From Choristocarpus tenellus KU-1152 (taxonomy: Eukaryota > Protista > Phaeophyceae): a stretch of DNA of 34,953 nucleotides. The DNA is taken from the NCBI GenBank assembly GCA_964200185.2, contig CAXNAD020000052.1:1-34953 (forward strand), given 5' to 3'. Under the pieces are notes generated by a model, which saw nothing but the letters and a program-made list of their open reading frames with translations, was not told the origin of the DNA and searched no databases. Made by a program: the position numbers and the translations under genes. Of the stretch, positions 25,101-34,927 are shown piece after piece (positions within the stretch are counted from its first letter, which is position 1; every line of letters begins with the position of its first letter).

Positions 25101-28100
25101 TCTACTATTCACATAATCATTCCCTCAGGTTAGGTCTTCCCTTCTATTCCTACCAAACCAATAATTTCAAGTCACTATCCAAGGCATTCATCCACAACCA
25201 CTACTCTTACACCCCACATATGCAATATTTTCACAAGCACAAAAGGTCTCTGACTCTTCATGTTGATTCCGGATGAAAGCATTTCCCCATATGCAATATC
25301 GCATCAGTAGAGGGAGCTTTTTGTCTTCATTGACCTTAGGAAATATTTAGGAAGATAATAAAAGCTTATTTCCACAACTCAATAAAAAAAAGACCTCAGA
25401 CTGTTCACATTGATTCCGGTTGAAAGCCTTCCCTCACGCACAATATCACATCAGTAGAGGGAGTTTTTCGTCTTCCTTAGCCTTGGCATGTGTACCCCCT
25501 TTCTCCCTAATGTGTTTGTTCAACAACTATATTTAATAATCACAAGTACAATTTGAGGAAAATATTATCCGAACTTGAATTCCCTTCAAAAACATCCGGA
25601 TCAAATCTTTATTAGACACAGCTCTCAACAATGCTATTACACCCAATACACAATGACTCTCACAAACAAAACAAAGGGGCCTACCTTATACCTCATCAGG
25701 CGTTACTCGTCATGAACTGAATAAAACGTGTTCCCTAAATCATTCTTCCCTTCCCGATTTAGTTATTGACTCGGATCTTATCAACATTGATGCACATAAT
25801 AAACCCAACGCATTGCCCAACAGAAAAAAAAGACCTCTTGACTCTTCATGTTGATTCCGGATGAAAGCATTTCCTCATGCACAATATCGCATCAGTAGAG
25901 AGAGCTTTTTGTCTTCCTTGACCTCAACATGGGTATCTTATTCTCTTACTGTCAAGGTGAGCAAAGCCTCTCCTGCAACTTCAAGATATACTCCTAAATT
26001 TGATTTCCCTTCAAATTTTCTTGTTTCATCTCTGTAGTAACCAACTGTCAACCTTCACATATGGAACAGACATCATATGCTCATACCTCCTGTCGCACCA
26101 ACCGCGATAACTAGGCAGACTCTTGGTTCCGTTCTAGCCTGTCTTTCAAAAGACCTAGAATCCATTTCATCATCCTCATCTCCAGATAGAAACAGTGAGG
26201 ATATGAAGCAAGATGAAGGGTCGACAGTGGAACCCTGAGGACGTTTGGTCAATGCATACAAAATGTTGACGAAAGGTATTCAGCGAAACACATGGCACCT
26301 TAAAAACAGCAAAAACAGATTTAAAACCTCTTATGCAATTTTGTGAGGGCAATTTGCAGTTGTCACTCAGTAGGATTCGTGTTTAACAACTCAATCTTCC
26401 CCACAGTTTTTCATATAATACAAGGTAGTGATATCGTTTGAGTGTGAAGGAATGAGATATATCAACGCGCGTATCAAAGGTTAAGTGCCTAGTATTACAG
26501 TCACAACACCATTGTTCACACTCAACACTCAAACCTAACAGAAGAACATACACGTTATCACCCATTTGCATTTCCAAAAGTCATCTCCATATAAACCCAG
26601 CTTTTCCCCAAGACTCAGAATCTTACTACTGAAAAATCAACAGTTTTAGACTCCAAATTTACTTTATTACACTCTCAAGGTACACACAGAGGTGATCAAA
26701 GTAATGAATACTTCAGCTTAGCATCTTATCACCAAAAGCAAATGTTGTAGAAATATATTATACCTATCCTTCGCTAATATCTGAACAGCTGATGATTAGG
26801 GTACTGAATAGCAAGCACATGATCTGGATAGTGATGTGTTCCAGGTGGATATTCAACAGGCTGCGAAATCTACCGAACTCGCTGCTCAAATGGCTAAGGA
26901 AAAGGCATAGAATCTCCCAAGCTTTCGGTGAGAATGAAAGTGAGTACCTATTCCAGGGCAGGGAATGGGGATCCTGTTGAGTGGTTTATTGAGTGATGTG
27001 GTTAATCAAGAGGGTAGTACCAAAATCGCATCTTACACACTGGACAAAAAGGTGCAGGACTCAGGTGAAAACTGAAAAAAATAGGAGGAGAGTATAATGA
27101 GTATAGGGATGGTCAGATAAAAAACGGAATTCCTACATATCTCGATTCTCGAGCAAATACCTGAGACAGTCTTAGACAGGGTCTGCAGTCTACACGACTG
27201 GTACAAGATCCTCTCCTTCCTCCAGCTCCCTCAACAGTCCATACCCGAATTGACCAGTCAGTGTGTAGACTTATCAGGATGGCATGTTGCTCCTAACAGT
27301 TGACAAGGTCGAAGAAGAGAACATTACAAGGTGTCAAGGCACTAATAGGTGGTGGGTACAAGGTGTGAAGGTGGTGGGTACAAGGTGGAAGGCACTGGAA
27401 GCTAGAAAGACAGATGAGTAAAACCTGATTCGCCTTACTAAAGGCAGTACTTCATATGGTTAACAATGAAAAAACAGTCTAGAACAACACAAAAAAAATA
27501 CTACGGATAAATTTTTCATGGAGTTGTCAAAAACTGAGCCAATAGCATTAATCAAGTCGAAATATTGTATTAGGAGCATTACCACTCAGTTACATGTGAG
27601 AAATTTTACCTCACTCAAGCTGAGAAGGCTCAAAAGAGTTGAAGAAGTAGGGTGATCAGGAAGACCTCCAAAGTGTAGAAGCATACTCAGAAGCAAATCG
27701 AGGAATCACTGTGGACAGTGTGATCATACAAAATGAGGTAGCAAAGAGATCAACTGCTTCGTATGGTGGTAAGGATTCTGATGCAGTTTAGGGCAAACGT
27801 TCTAGTCTAACACTTACCCTTTTTGTTACCAGAAGTAAAAAATATGTCATCATCTCCATCCCCACTCATTCATACGAGGATAGAGATTGCAACCTCACAC
27901 CGAACCTCAAAAGAAAAAGGTTGTATCAAGAGGGACCACAACTAAATGCAAATCCTGTTATCACTGGGCTAGTGAGGTTCAAAGCAATACAGGGCAATAC
28001 AGGGCAATACACAATTCCATCACATACAACATGACCTTATCGCTGTTGATAATGATGTTGCATTTGCAAATACATCATGTACAGCTGAGCTTGAGACACA

Positions 28101-31100
28101 ATACAGCACACACTGCACCAGAAGTGAAGATAACCAAGATACAGATGGAACAATTAAGTACGAGAGTAAAAACTTGAAGTTAAAGAGTACATGAAGGTAA
28201 AGAGTACAAGAAGGTAAAGAGTACATGAAGGTAAAGAGCACATGAAGGTAAAGGGTACATGAAGGTAAAGAGCACATGAAGGTAAAGAGTACATGAAGGT
28301 AAAGGGTGACAGGGAGAGTAGGGAATAAAAAATGGTGCTCCTATTATTGATGCAATTACTTACTGCTTCTTGCCAATATCCTTCTATGGCAACCACTGCT
28401 CTTCCAGCACCACCCCCAGGAAGTATGGAGGCCCACCCCTCCTTCATTCTTAACCATTCTCGAGATAATGACTCCGTCTGCAAAAAAGTACATGACAGGG
28501 AAAGTTACAGTTGGGAGTTTATATGGTTGACTGAGGTCAATACGAAAAAGCATGAAAATACTATCACAACACCAGGAAATTGATTTCAAATTTCAGTGAC
28601 TATCATTCTATTCTATCTTCACTCACAAATAAATACAACACTATTGAAGCAAATGTTCTGATTTTAGAAAACTAGTACTGAAGTGCTCACCTCCTGGCCA
28701 CCCCCCAATCCACCTGTTATTTTCACACACATCACACCACCATCCATGTAGCCCACAGTAAGTATATTTCTGGCCGTGCAGGGGGATAAGGTGAACACTT
28801 GTGAGACAAGAATACAGAGAAAAAGGTTAACACTTTTTGCAAAGGAGTACGCACATCTAATTTTGAAGTCACTGCAATCAAAGTATCCAAACATAGAGAC
28901 AAGGTACCAACTTGCTCACAACACACAACAAATTCCGTGTGACAGCAATGGAGACACAAGGCGGTCAAGAAATTGCCCACCTCAGACATTGTCACAAATC
29001 CTCACGCCCCCCATTGATCCCAAGAGGGGGTAATGTTGATGGGGGCTGCACCCTCCCCCTACACTCCAATACAGGAGTCTACCGAAGGGGAGGATGGGAA
29101 TTGAACACAAAACCAAGATGGGCAATGCCAAGGGTACTATGGAGCTGCCTGATTTTTGATCTTGGGAGTTTCAGCAGACGCCTGCAGGAGACCCAAGGAC
29201 AAATACTGCCCTGTGAAACTGCGGGCCCGTCAATCACCAATTGGTCATTCGGGCGCGTCATAAAACAACTGATCCCCTCATTTTTTCTACAAGCTATTTG
29301 AGTAGAGCAATTTCAATGCAGATAACCGTATCACAAAACAATATGGGTATTATCTAATCTCTACATCACCAAGTACATCTACACATATTACCTGAAATAC
29401 TGCCACAACCAACACCAGCACTGTGAAATAATTTACTCCAGGAAAAACTCAAAATCAGAAGGAATGTTTTAATGCCAGTGATGGGTGCTTGAAAATGTTG
29501 TACATAACCACTCTAGGGTTCTCAACACTCACTTGCAACGTAAGAACTTTTTGTGTTAGGATACTTGATGTGAGAATTAAGTTGAACAAGGTTAAAATAC
29601 AAGAGATACGAACTTCACTTCCACATGATATGGTGCCATCCTTTCTTTTCCCTGACCCTTGTTATTACAGGTCATGCTCTCATTATTACAAATATTCACT
29701 TACGGACTGATCCAGCAACATGGGCTAGTTGCACGATCTCCGCAGTGGCGAACAAACGCATGTCTACTGCTCTCTCTGCTCAGGGAAGATAGAATTGACG
29801 GTGCCTATCAAGTGTGAACAGCAGGAGAGGGAGGGGGAGCAAGTGTTGAAAACTGTTCACACAGCATAATACAAGGTATCCAAGCACAAACCACATTGAA
29901 TATCAATGCACTCTCAAACTAGAAAAGTATTTAGATACTTGACCATTCCCCAAGTTTACACCATTTTAAAATTCTATTCACGTATCATTCACTTCCTATT
30001 CTGTCACATATTTCACCCTCACTCAAGTCAACACAAGAGAAAAAAAGAACCATAATAACAAGATAACTTCCTTGCTACTGCACATGTATATATGGAAGCT
30101 CTGCCTTGCATTCAACATCCTACATTCCACAAGGAAAAGACAACGGAGATCTTGCATTCAATATCCTATATTCCACAAGGAAGAGACAACGGAGATCTTT
30201 TGCAAGACTAAAAAAACTACCATGTGTGCAAACCTGACCCTCGTAATAGGATGACATGTCATTGTTGCAATTCCCAATCTCTCTATGATGTGCCTCTGGA
30301 CAAGCTGTTTTTGCACCGTTAACCTCATATTGACTGAAGATATATTTCATACCAATTTGCTGATGAAATGACCAATTCCTTTTACCTCTTGTTTTCTAGC
30401 CAGGGCTTGTAAAAATCAATTACACTGCAATCCTAATCGCTGTCTATATGAACATTGAACAATTGCACGTACTATTATGCAAAAAATCGACTTTTACGAA
30501 AATGGAACCACTGTTCCTCTCTTCCTGAAGTGACACTTCTCACCGGCACAATTTCCCGGTTAGCAGTGCCATGACTTGAGCGCCGAGGAGCTCTGACTAT
30601 GATTCGATGAACTATACCCTGATCTGTAAAGGCACAGATGTAAATGTTGGAACGATCTGTCTCTCCACCAAATATTCTTACAGCACCCTTCTCAGCAATT
30701 GATCCTGAAGAAAAAATAAAAGGGGGGGAAGAGAGAGGTAGTACAATTGCAGAGTTGGGAATTGGGAAGAGGTTCAGCTGCATTTGGTTTTGTGGATGTG
30801 TGGTCTTGAACAGACAGGGTTTTATGTATTGAGGGTTGAGAGGATTTCCTATGTTCGAATCAGCTCCACACGCACAACTTTGACAAAAAAAATTCCCATG
30901 GAGAGCTCAGTAAAACTTTATGGTAGTGCACTGTGTATCAAAGTAGGAATGCATATGCACGCGCAATTTTTGAAAAGTTTACTAAGGTCATACTGTAGGT
31001 TGAAGTTTTACACAGTGTAGCTCCAGACAAGCACTACCTGTTGAGCAACTGAAAAACTTATGGCTTTGTTACATCCCTACAAAATGAAATGCGTATTAGG

Positions 31101-32081
31101 CATGGTTTGGAACACAAATATGAAAACGACGTTACTAGCATGGCATGGACCAATCACCAGCAATACTTGAGTACTGTGTCAGGGCCTCAGAGCATATTTA
31201 GGGTTTTTGTACATCATACGGCAACAAGAGATGGTCATAACACGCAATAGATGCAAAAGTTGGAAAACGTCCAGACGAGGACTCAATCTTGTCTAGATTG
31301 TTCCAAGAGTTATCCACAAATCTGGAAGATCGCACGGATTGACATATTATAGTTCCTGTAAAGAGAATAGTTTTTAATAATCTCAATCTTCTGCCCTGTA
31401 ACAGGTACTCCTTGACTACAAAGATTGTGTACTGTTCTGCTTGCTTCTTAGAGACAACCACAGGATATGGGGGACATGTGTCAACATAGGTGCACTCAAC
31501 ACGCCTCCCTCGATGGACGACAAAGCAACTTCGCATGAAGCAGGTCATGTAAGATTACCAGTGGAAAAATTGAGGAGAGAGGTATCAGTTGTTCGAATTC
31601 AAAATGTCTTGGATCTTACACCCTTGCATAAAAAGGATAGGAACTAAACGGGTGCGTTAGCCCCGTACCTTGCAGACGAATGAAAGCCCTTGCCCCAGTG
31701 AGGTCCTTATCGAGACTCTGTTCCTCTAGCCATAGACCAGAACCGTGAGCCCTCCATAACAGATGACGTCTTCGATCACCAGGAAGGGCAGAACTGCAGC
31801 CAGACACATCATTCGCCTCCAGTGGAGCGGGGGGGGGGGGGGGAAGGGGGGCGATGCGCCCATCGCCCCCCCCAACAAAGGAAACCCCAACTCCCGCNNN
31901 NNNNNNNGATCGCGTCTCCCACCCCCGGGGGGGGAAGACCGGCCCCCACAAACATCTTCCCCCCCCGGGGGGGGGGGGGGGGGGGGGGAATGCGGTCGAT
32001 GCGCCCATCGTCACCCACAACTAAGGAAACTCCAACTTCCGCATCTTCTATGAATCCCACGTGTGTTTCAACCACCCCCAT
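7116..32081 (-). CDS. NUP160: Nuclear pore complex protein Nup160 (Nup120/160 family), 33 exons, about 1,800 aa
   Basis: Exons in transcript order, all GT-AG and phase-consistent: 32081-31669 (interrupted by an N gap), 30704-30544, 29804-29704, 28769-28691, 28477-28364, 27292-27161, 26234-26087, 24720-24634, 24045-23789, 23579-23535, 23177-22902, 22497-22429, 21400-21305, 21102-20988, 20785-20445, 20043-19889, 19145-18963, 18592-18520, 17423-17350, 16630-16319, 15881-15769, 15260-14906, 14042-13892, 13158-12974, 12530-12432, 12054-11397, 11104-11057, 10405-10260, 9811-9733, 8979-8813, 8357-8264, 8073-7900, 7232-7116 (TGA). Collinear Nup160-like motifs: RRHLLWRAHGSGLWLEEQSLDKDL..FTDQGIVHRI (propeller start), LHTDWSIRVW, FHLRRVMSSGRM, KWKAFVSKCTEY, AFHALCQNPNPSHRRENLSSLVRRMCDSGHLQDL, VNYYQCLHAFYVSRDDFVEAA, LPDWLEDSF..LLNMYVRDGRLEDACSLL, WLPYASIDRL. 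A few acceptor choices and the start codon are inferred. Confidence 0.9.
7638..7776 (-). ncRNA. Candidate box H/ACA snoRNA, copy A
   Basis: Diverged paralog of 9091-9241 retaining H box ACAUCA (7736-7741), loop strands CUCGUU / CGUUG and ACA (7641-7643); stems differ in sequence but still pair. Lies in intron 32. Confidence 0.52.
9091..9241 (-). ncRNA. Candidate box H/ACA snoRNA, copy B
   Basis: Hairpin, then H box AUAUCA (9196-9201), an internal hairpin, and a 3' hairpin with an internal loop (CUCGUU / CGUUG) 14 nt before ACA (9094-9096). Homologous to 7638-7776. Confidence 0.55.
9340..9448 (-). ncRNA. Box C/D snoRNA, SNORD12/snR190-like (LSU GGGGAAAGAAGAC antisense)
   Basis: Perfect 6-bp terminal stem GCUGGA/UCCAGC, canonical C box GUGAUGA and D box CUGA. 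The 13-nt element GUCUUCUUUCCCC (9418-9430) is antisense to conserved LSU GGGGAAAGAAGAC. Lies in intron 29. Confidence 0.82.
18135..18225 (-). other. Long intronic hairpin (about 30-bp stem), pre-miRNA-like
   Basis: tgtatcacctcagcttgatctgaatccttt ... aagggattagatcaaactgaggcggtaca; on the host strand the stem has two G-U pairs, two mismatches and one bulge. Confidence 0.4.
22021..22128 (-). ncRNA. Box C/D snoRNA, SNORD79 (U79)-like, LSU Am guide
   Basis: GUGGGC-a-GUGACGA (C)..UGGGAAUCUC-U-CCGA (D')-hairpin-UUGAGGA (C')..CUGA (D)-GUCCAC terminal stem. The 10-nt guide is antisense to conserved LSU GAGAUUCCCA; D'+5 gives GAG[A]UUCCC, the site I recall for SNORD79. Lies in intron 12. Confidence 0.8.
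24149..24333 (-). mobile_element. MITE copy, inverted, in NUP160 intron 8
   Basis: Reverse-complement match to 31-205, including both TIRs. Confidence 0.75.
24972..25061 (-). ncRNA. Box C/D snoRNA, SNORD100-like (18S Gm436-equivalent guide), copy 1
   Basis: Minus strand: GACC-a-AGGAGGA (degenerate C)..GCUCCCUCUA-CUGA (D')-hairpin-UGAGGA (C')..UCCGGAAUC..CUGA (D)-GGUC. The guide is antisense to conserved 18S AGAGGGAGC; the D'+5 rule hits the first G of GGG. Lies in NUP160 intron 7. Confidence 0.8.
25245..25335 (-). ncRNA. Box C/D snoRNA, SNORD100-like, copy 2
   Basis: GGUC-a-AUGAAGA (C)..GCUCCCUCUA-CUGA (D')..UGGGGA (C')..UCCGGAAUC..CAGA (D)-GACC terminal stem. Confidence 0.8.
25392..25482 (-). 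ncRNA. Box C/D snoRNA, SNORD100-like, copy 3
   Basis: GGCU-a-AGGAAGA..ACUCCCUCUA-CUGA..UGAGGG..CCGGAAUC..CUGA-GGUC. Confidence 0.72.
25694..25792 (-). ncRNA. Candidate orphan box C/D snoRNA within the intron-7 cluster
   Basis: CAUCA-AUGUUGA (C-like)..CUAA (D'-like)..AUGAUUU (C'-like)..CUGA (D)-UG; about 100 nt; sits between SNORD100-like copies 3 and 4. No convincing target recognised. Confidence 0.45.
25832..25923 (-). ncRNA. Box C/D snoRNA, SNORD100-like, copy 4 (degenerate D box)
   Basis: GGUC-a-AGGAAGA..GCUCUCUCUA-CUGA (a C>U change gives a G-U wobble)..UGAGGA..UCCGGAAUC..AAGA-GGUC. Confidence 0.68.
28182..28306. repeat. Minisatellite, 17-bp unit AAAGAGTACATGAAGGT, about 7 copies
   Basis: Directly visible tandem units in intron 5. 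Confidence 0.9.
30117..30199. repeat. Short direct duplication (~36 bp x2) in intron 2
   Basis: atccta.attccacaaggaa..gacaacggagatctt occurs twice. Confidence 0.8.
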
Positions 32082-32664
32082 AGTTTCTTTTTGTTGGTGT
32101 TCAGCACAAATTTTTGTTGGAGGGTACGAATATCTGGCTGGTGTTGGAATGCAAGACACGGGAAATTGATAGTCTGAAGAGGCGGTTGCCGCGCGGTGAC
32201 TTTGCAAGGTATGACAGAATGGCGACTGATGTTACTTGTAAGCAATGTGTGGCACTGAAGGATGGTGGAAGTGTGTTGTGACATATTGGGGGGTTGTGGT
32301 GAGAAGCAAATGTTACCGACGGTTGAGAATATCTTCGACCGACGAAAACACATATTTTTTTCATGGTTGTGAGCCATTCAGTAGATAGGTTGTGAGTGGT
32401 GAGATTACATGTAAATATCTACATCTATTTTGCGGGTTCAAACGCCTTCCACACTGGACTTCTTTTCACAGAAATCTGGTTTCGATTATGTTTTTGAATG
32501 TGGAAAACTCCAACGGATTGTACACCTATACTTCCAAAATAATGTAGTAAGTCTGTTCCGCGTTGTCCATAACTTTTGAAGATGTTGCTAAAATTCATTT
32601 CTGAAAGAAGATTTGGAATCCTTCACGAATTTCTGGTTAGGGTCAGCTCTTATCATTATTATTA

Positions 32665-34390
32665 CTCCCCATCCATCACAATTGTATCAACCACAGAAAA
32701 GGCCTCCATGTCTACCTTTGCGTCTTTTCAAGCTCACCAGACAACTGCCTCTTCCTTAACCCTGTGAGCTCCATACTGAAGTCATTCCCCCCTTTGTATC
32801 TAAGTACTTGATTGTACACCACAAAAAGGAACTACCAAGCCCTCTCAAGTGTGGTTTCATCATAGTCTTCATACTGTTCCTTAATGACCTTCACCATCTC
32901 CTCAACGGACCCAAACTGCTCCCCCCATCACCCAGCATATTTCAAAGACCTGAAGAAGCACAGGTCCATGATATTGAGGTCGAGGGAGTTAAATGGCTGT
33001 GTCACAAGCCTAATCGACCACCCCTCAGTCTTCCCTGCCCCTGGCGAGATTTCTGTGTTGCCCTTGCCCTTGTGGGGGGTGGCACCATCTTGTTGACCGA
33101 CAACGTGCTTCCACTGCAACCAAGGCATCTTGGTCTTGATTGCAGGCAGTAACTCCTCTGCGTACCACTTGCTGTACCGCAAATGGTCTAAAGTACAGAC
33201 CTGCTCATACACCTTCCCCTTTTTATGGTTTCTCTTGCTCGTCCGTCTGTCGTTTTTGGCGCGCACACATGCCAAATACCAACCTTTCCATCAAAGCTGT
33301 GAGCCGAATCTGGGCGGGCGTTGGCTGCAATGATCATGATTTTGGGGATATGAATCTTGTGCTGCACAGTGGGGGACCCTGGAAGGTCGCTATCATCCTC
33401 ATGCGGAAATACCCTAACCCTTCCCCCATCAGCCGTCACATAAAACCAGGTTTCATCCACATGGATCGTGTTTGCCATGGAGGCATTCACACCACATTTC
33501 GGTTCCACTCGCAAACAAACTCCATTCTCTATACCTTTTACCATGATTTAAGCTTGGGTGTGATCCAGCGGCGATTCGGCATGGCCATCATATCATCCAA
33601 CCACATGTTTTTGGTGCTCGTGCTACAATTTAGTCCCTTGGCGGCCATCTTCATTCTCACCTGACACACTGTGGATGAATGATTATTGGAGTTGATACTA
33701 TCTATTGCAGCCATCTTGGCCGGTGTGAGCTCCGAAGACCGCCCAATACATGCCGCCACCCCTAGGTCAAGCGTGTGGCCACAGCCGAGCTGATCGGCGA
33801 CGTCCTCCCAGAGCCCTCGCACGTAACGCTTGGACACTCCAGACGCTGCTGCGAGGGCCATCCCAACGTTTCACGGCAGTTTATGCTCACCAGGGACCAT
33901 TGTGAGGGTGCGCCACACTGCAAGCGCAACCCTTGTATTCAGGGACACTTGGGCACCCTTCCTACGTGGGGTGGTCAATGAAGGGGTTGCCACACCGATG
34001 TTCTGACCCTCAACGTGCCCAGTTCTGGCCTCAAAATCACCCCCGAAGACCCCTACTTTGATGACTTGAAGCACCTCGTATTTGTACCTGAAGATCCTCG
34101 ACCGCCACCTTTTCTGAAAGCTGAGATTGCCGACCTGATTTCATTCTGTGGGGTTATCGTCCGATTCGGCGCCATTATCGCTCGGCGAGTCCAGATGTTT
34201 CGCGGCACAAACTTATGGCACAGAGGTAGTAATATACTAACACTTTGTATATCTGCCACAAATTGTTGGATCAGGGGGAAGGTGGAAACTTTGAGGTCAG
34301 TCCAGCACATGATTTGAGAGAGTAGACTGAGCTACGAGTGGTTGGTGCACTGAAACAAACAGCTGAGAAGTAGGCCAGGAATGGAGGCAG
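32665..34390 (-). mobile_element. Decayed Tc1/mariner element, plant-type (DD39D-like) mariner, about 1.7 kb
   Basis: Ends TA|CTCCCCATCCAT (32665) and ATGGAGGCAG|TA (34390) resemble CTCCCTCCRT-type TIRs with a TA target duplication. Encloses transposase motifs HVDETWFY, QQDGATPH and QPFNSLDLNIMDLCFFRSLK. Confidence 0.85.
32760..34175 (-). pseudogene. Mariner transposase pseudogene (frameshifts and stops)
   Basis: Catalytic triad split across ORFs 33188-33544 and 32928-33275; N-terminal pieces at 33538-33861 and 33871-34074; in-frame stops present. Confidence 0.85.
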
Positions 34391-34927
34391 TACAGTTAGT
34401 AATAGTTGTCACAACAGTTGGTCAGTACTGAGTATGAGAGAAGTAGTGCACCGTGAATAATGCCTCTGGCCACAGAATGGGATAATCCTGAAATTACGAT
34501 AACGACATTGTGATGCAAAAATAATTAAAATAGAAATATTAGCATTGAGGCGTCATTTCTGTTACTACTGTTCTACTGTGATTACTATAATGTACAACTA
34601 GTATATTAACATCGTTCTGAACAGTATTGACAACGTGTACTTGGCAAAAACTACGCAACCACCCAAATCAATGTGTACACACTCAATCAGATAATATCCT
34701 CCCCCACGATGAATCAGAGTGGAAATGGTCACCATCTGGTTCTTTGTGAAGAGTAAACCCTGTTGAACATTTCAATGCCAGTAATTTGTGAAGCACAACC
34801 CTAGCCTGGACAAAAATGGAGAGGTCATCCATAAGGTATTATAGTTGATATACTATCTGGTAGCTGATTGTGACTTGCTACAGATTATTGACACCCATCC
34901 TTGTCGTCAATGACATTTTATCCCTTG

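Noticed and set aside
24972-25923. CRISPR-like or hammerhead-array reading of the interspaced repeats
   Set aside because: Eukaryotic intron, ~90-nt repeats with irregular spacers and no cas genes. CTGATGC or CTGATGT replaces the hammerhead core CUGAUGA, and C/D boxes plus 18S complementarity explain the repeats.
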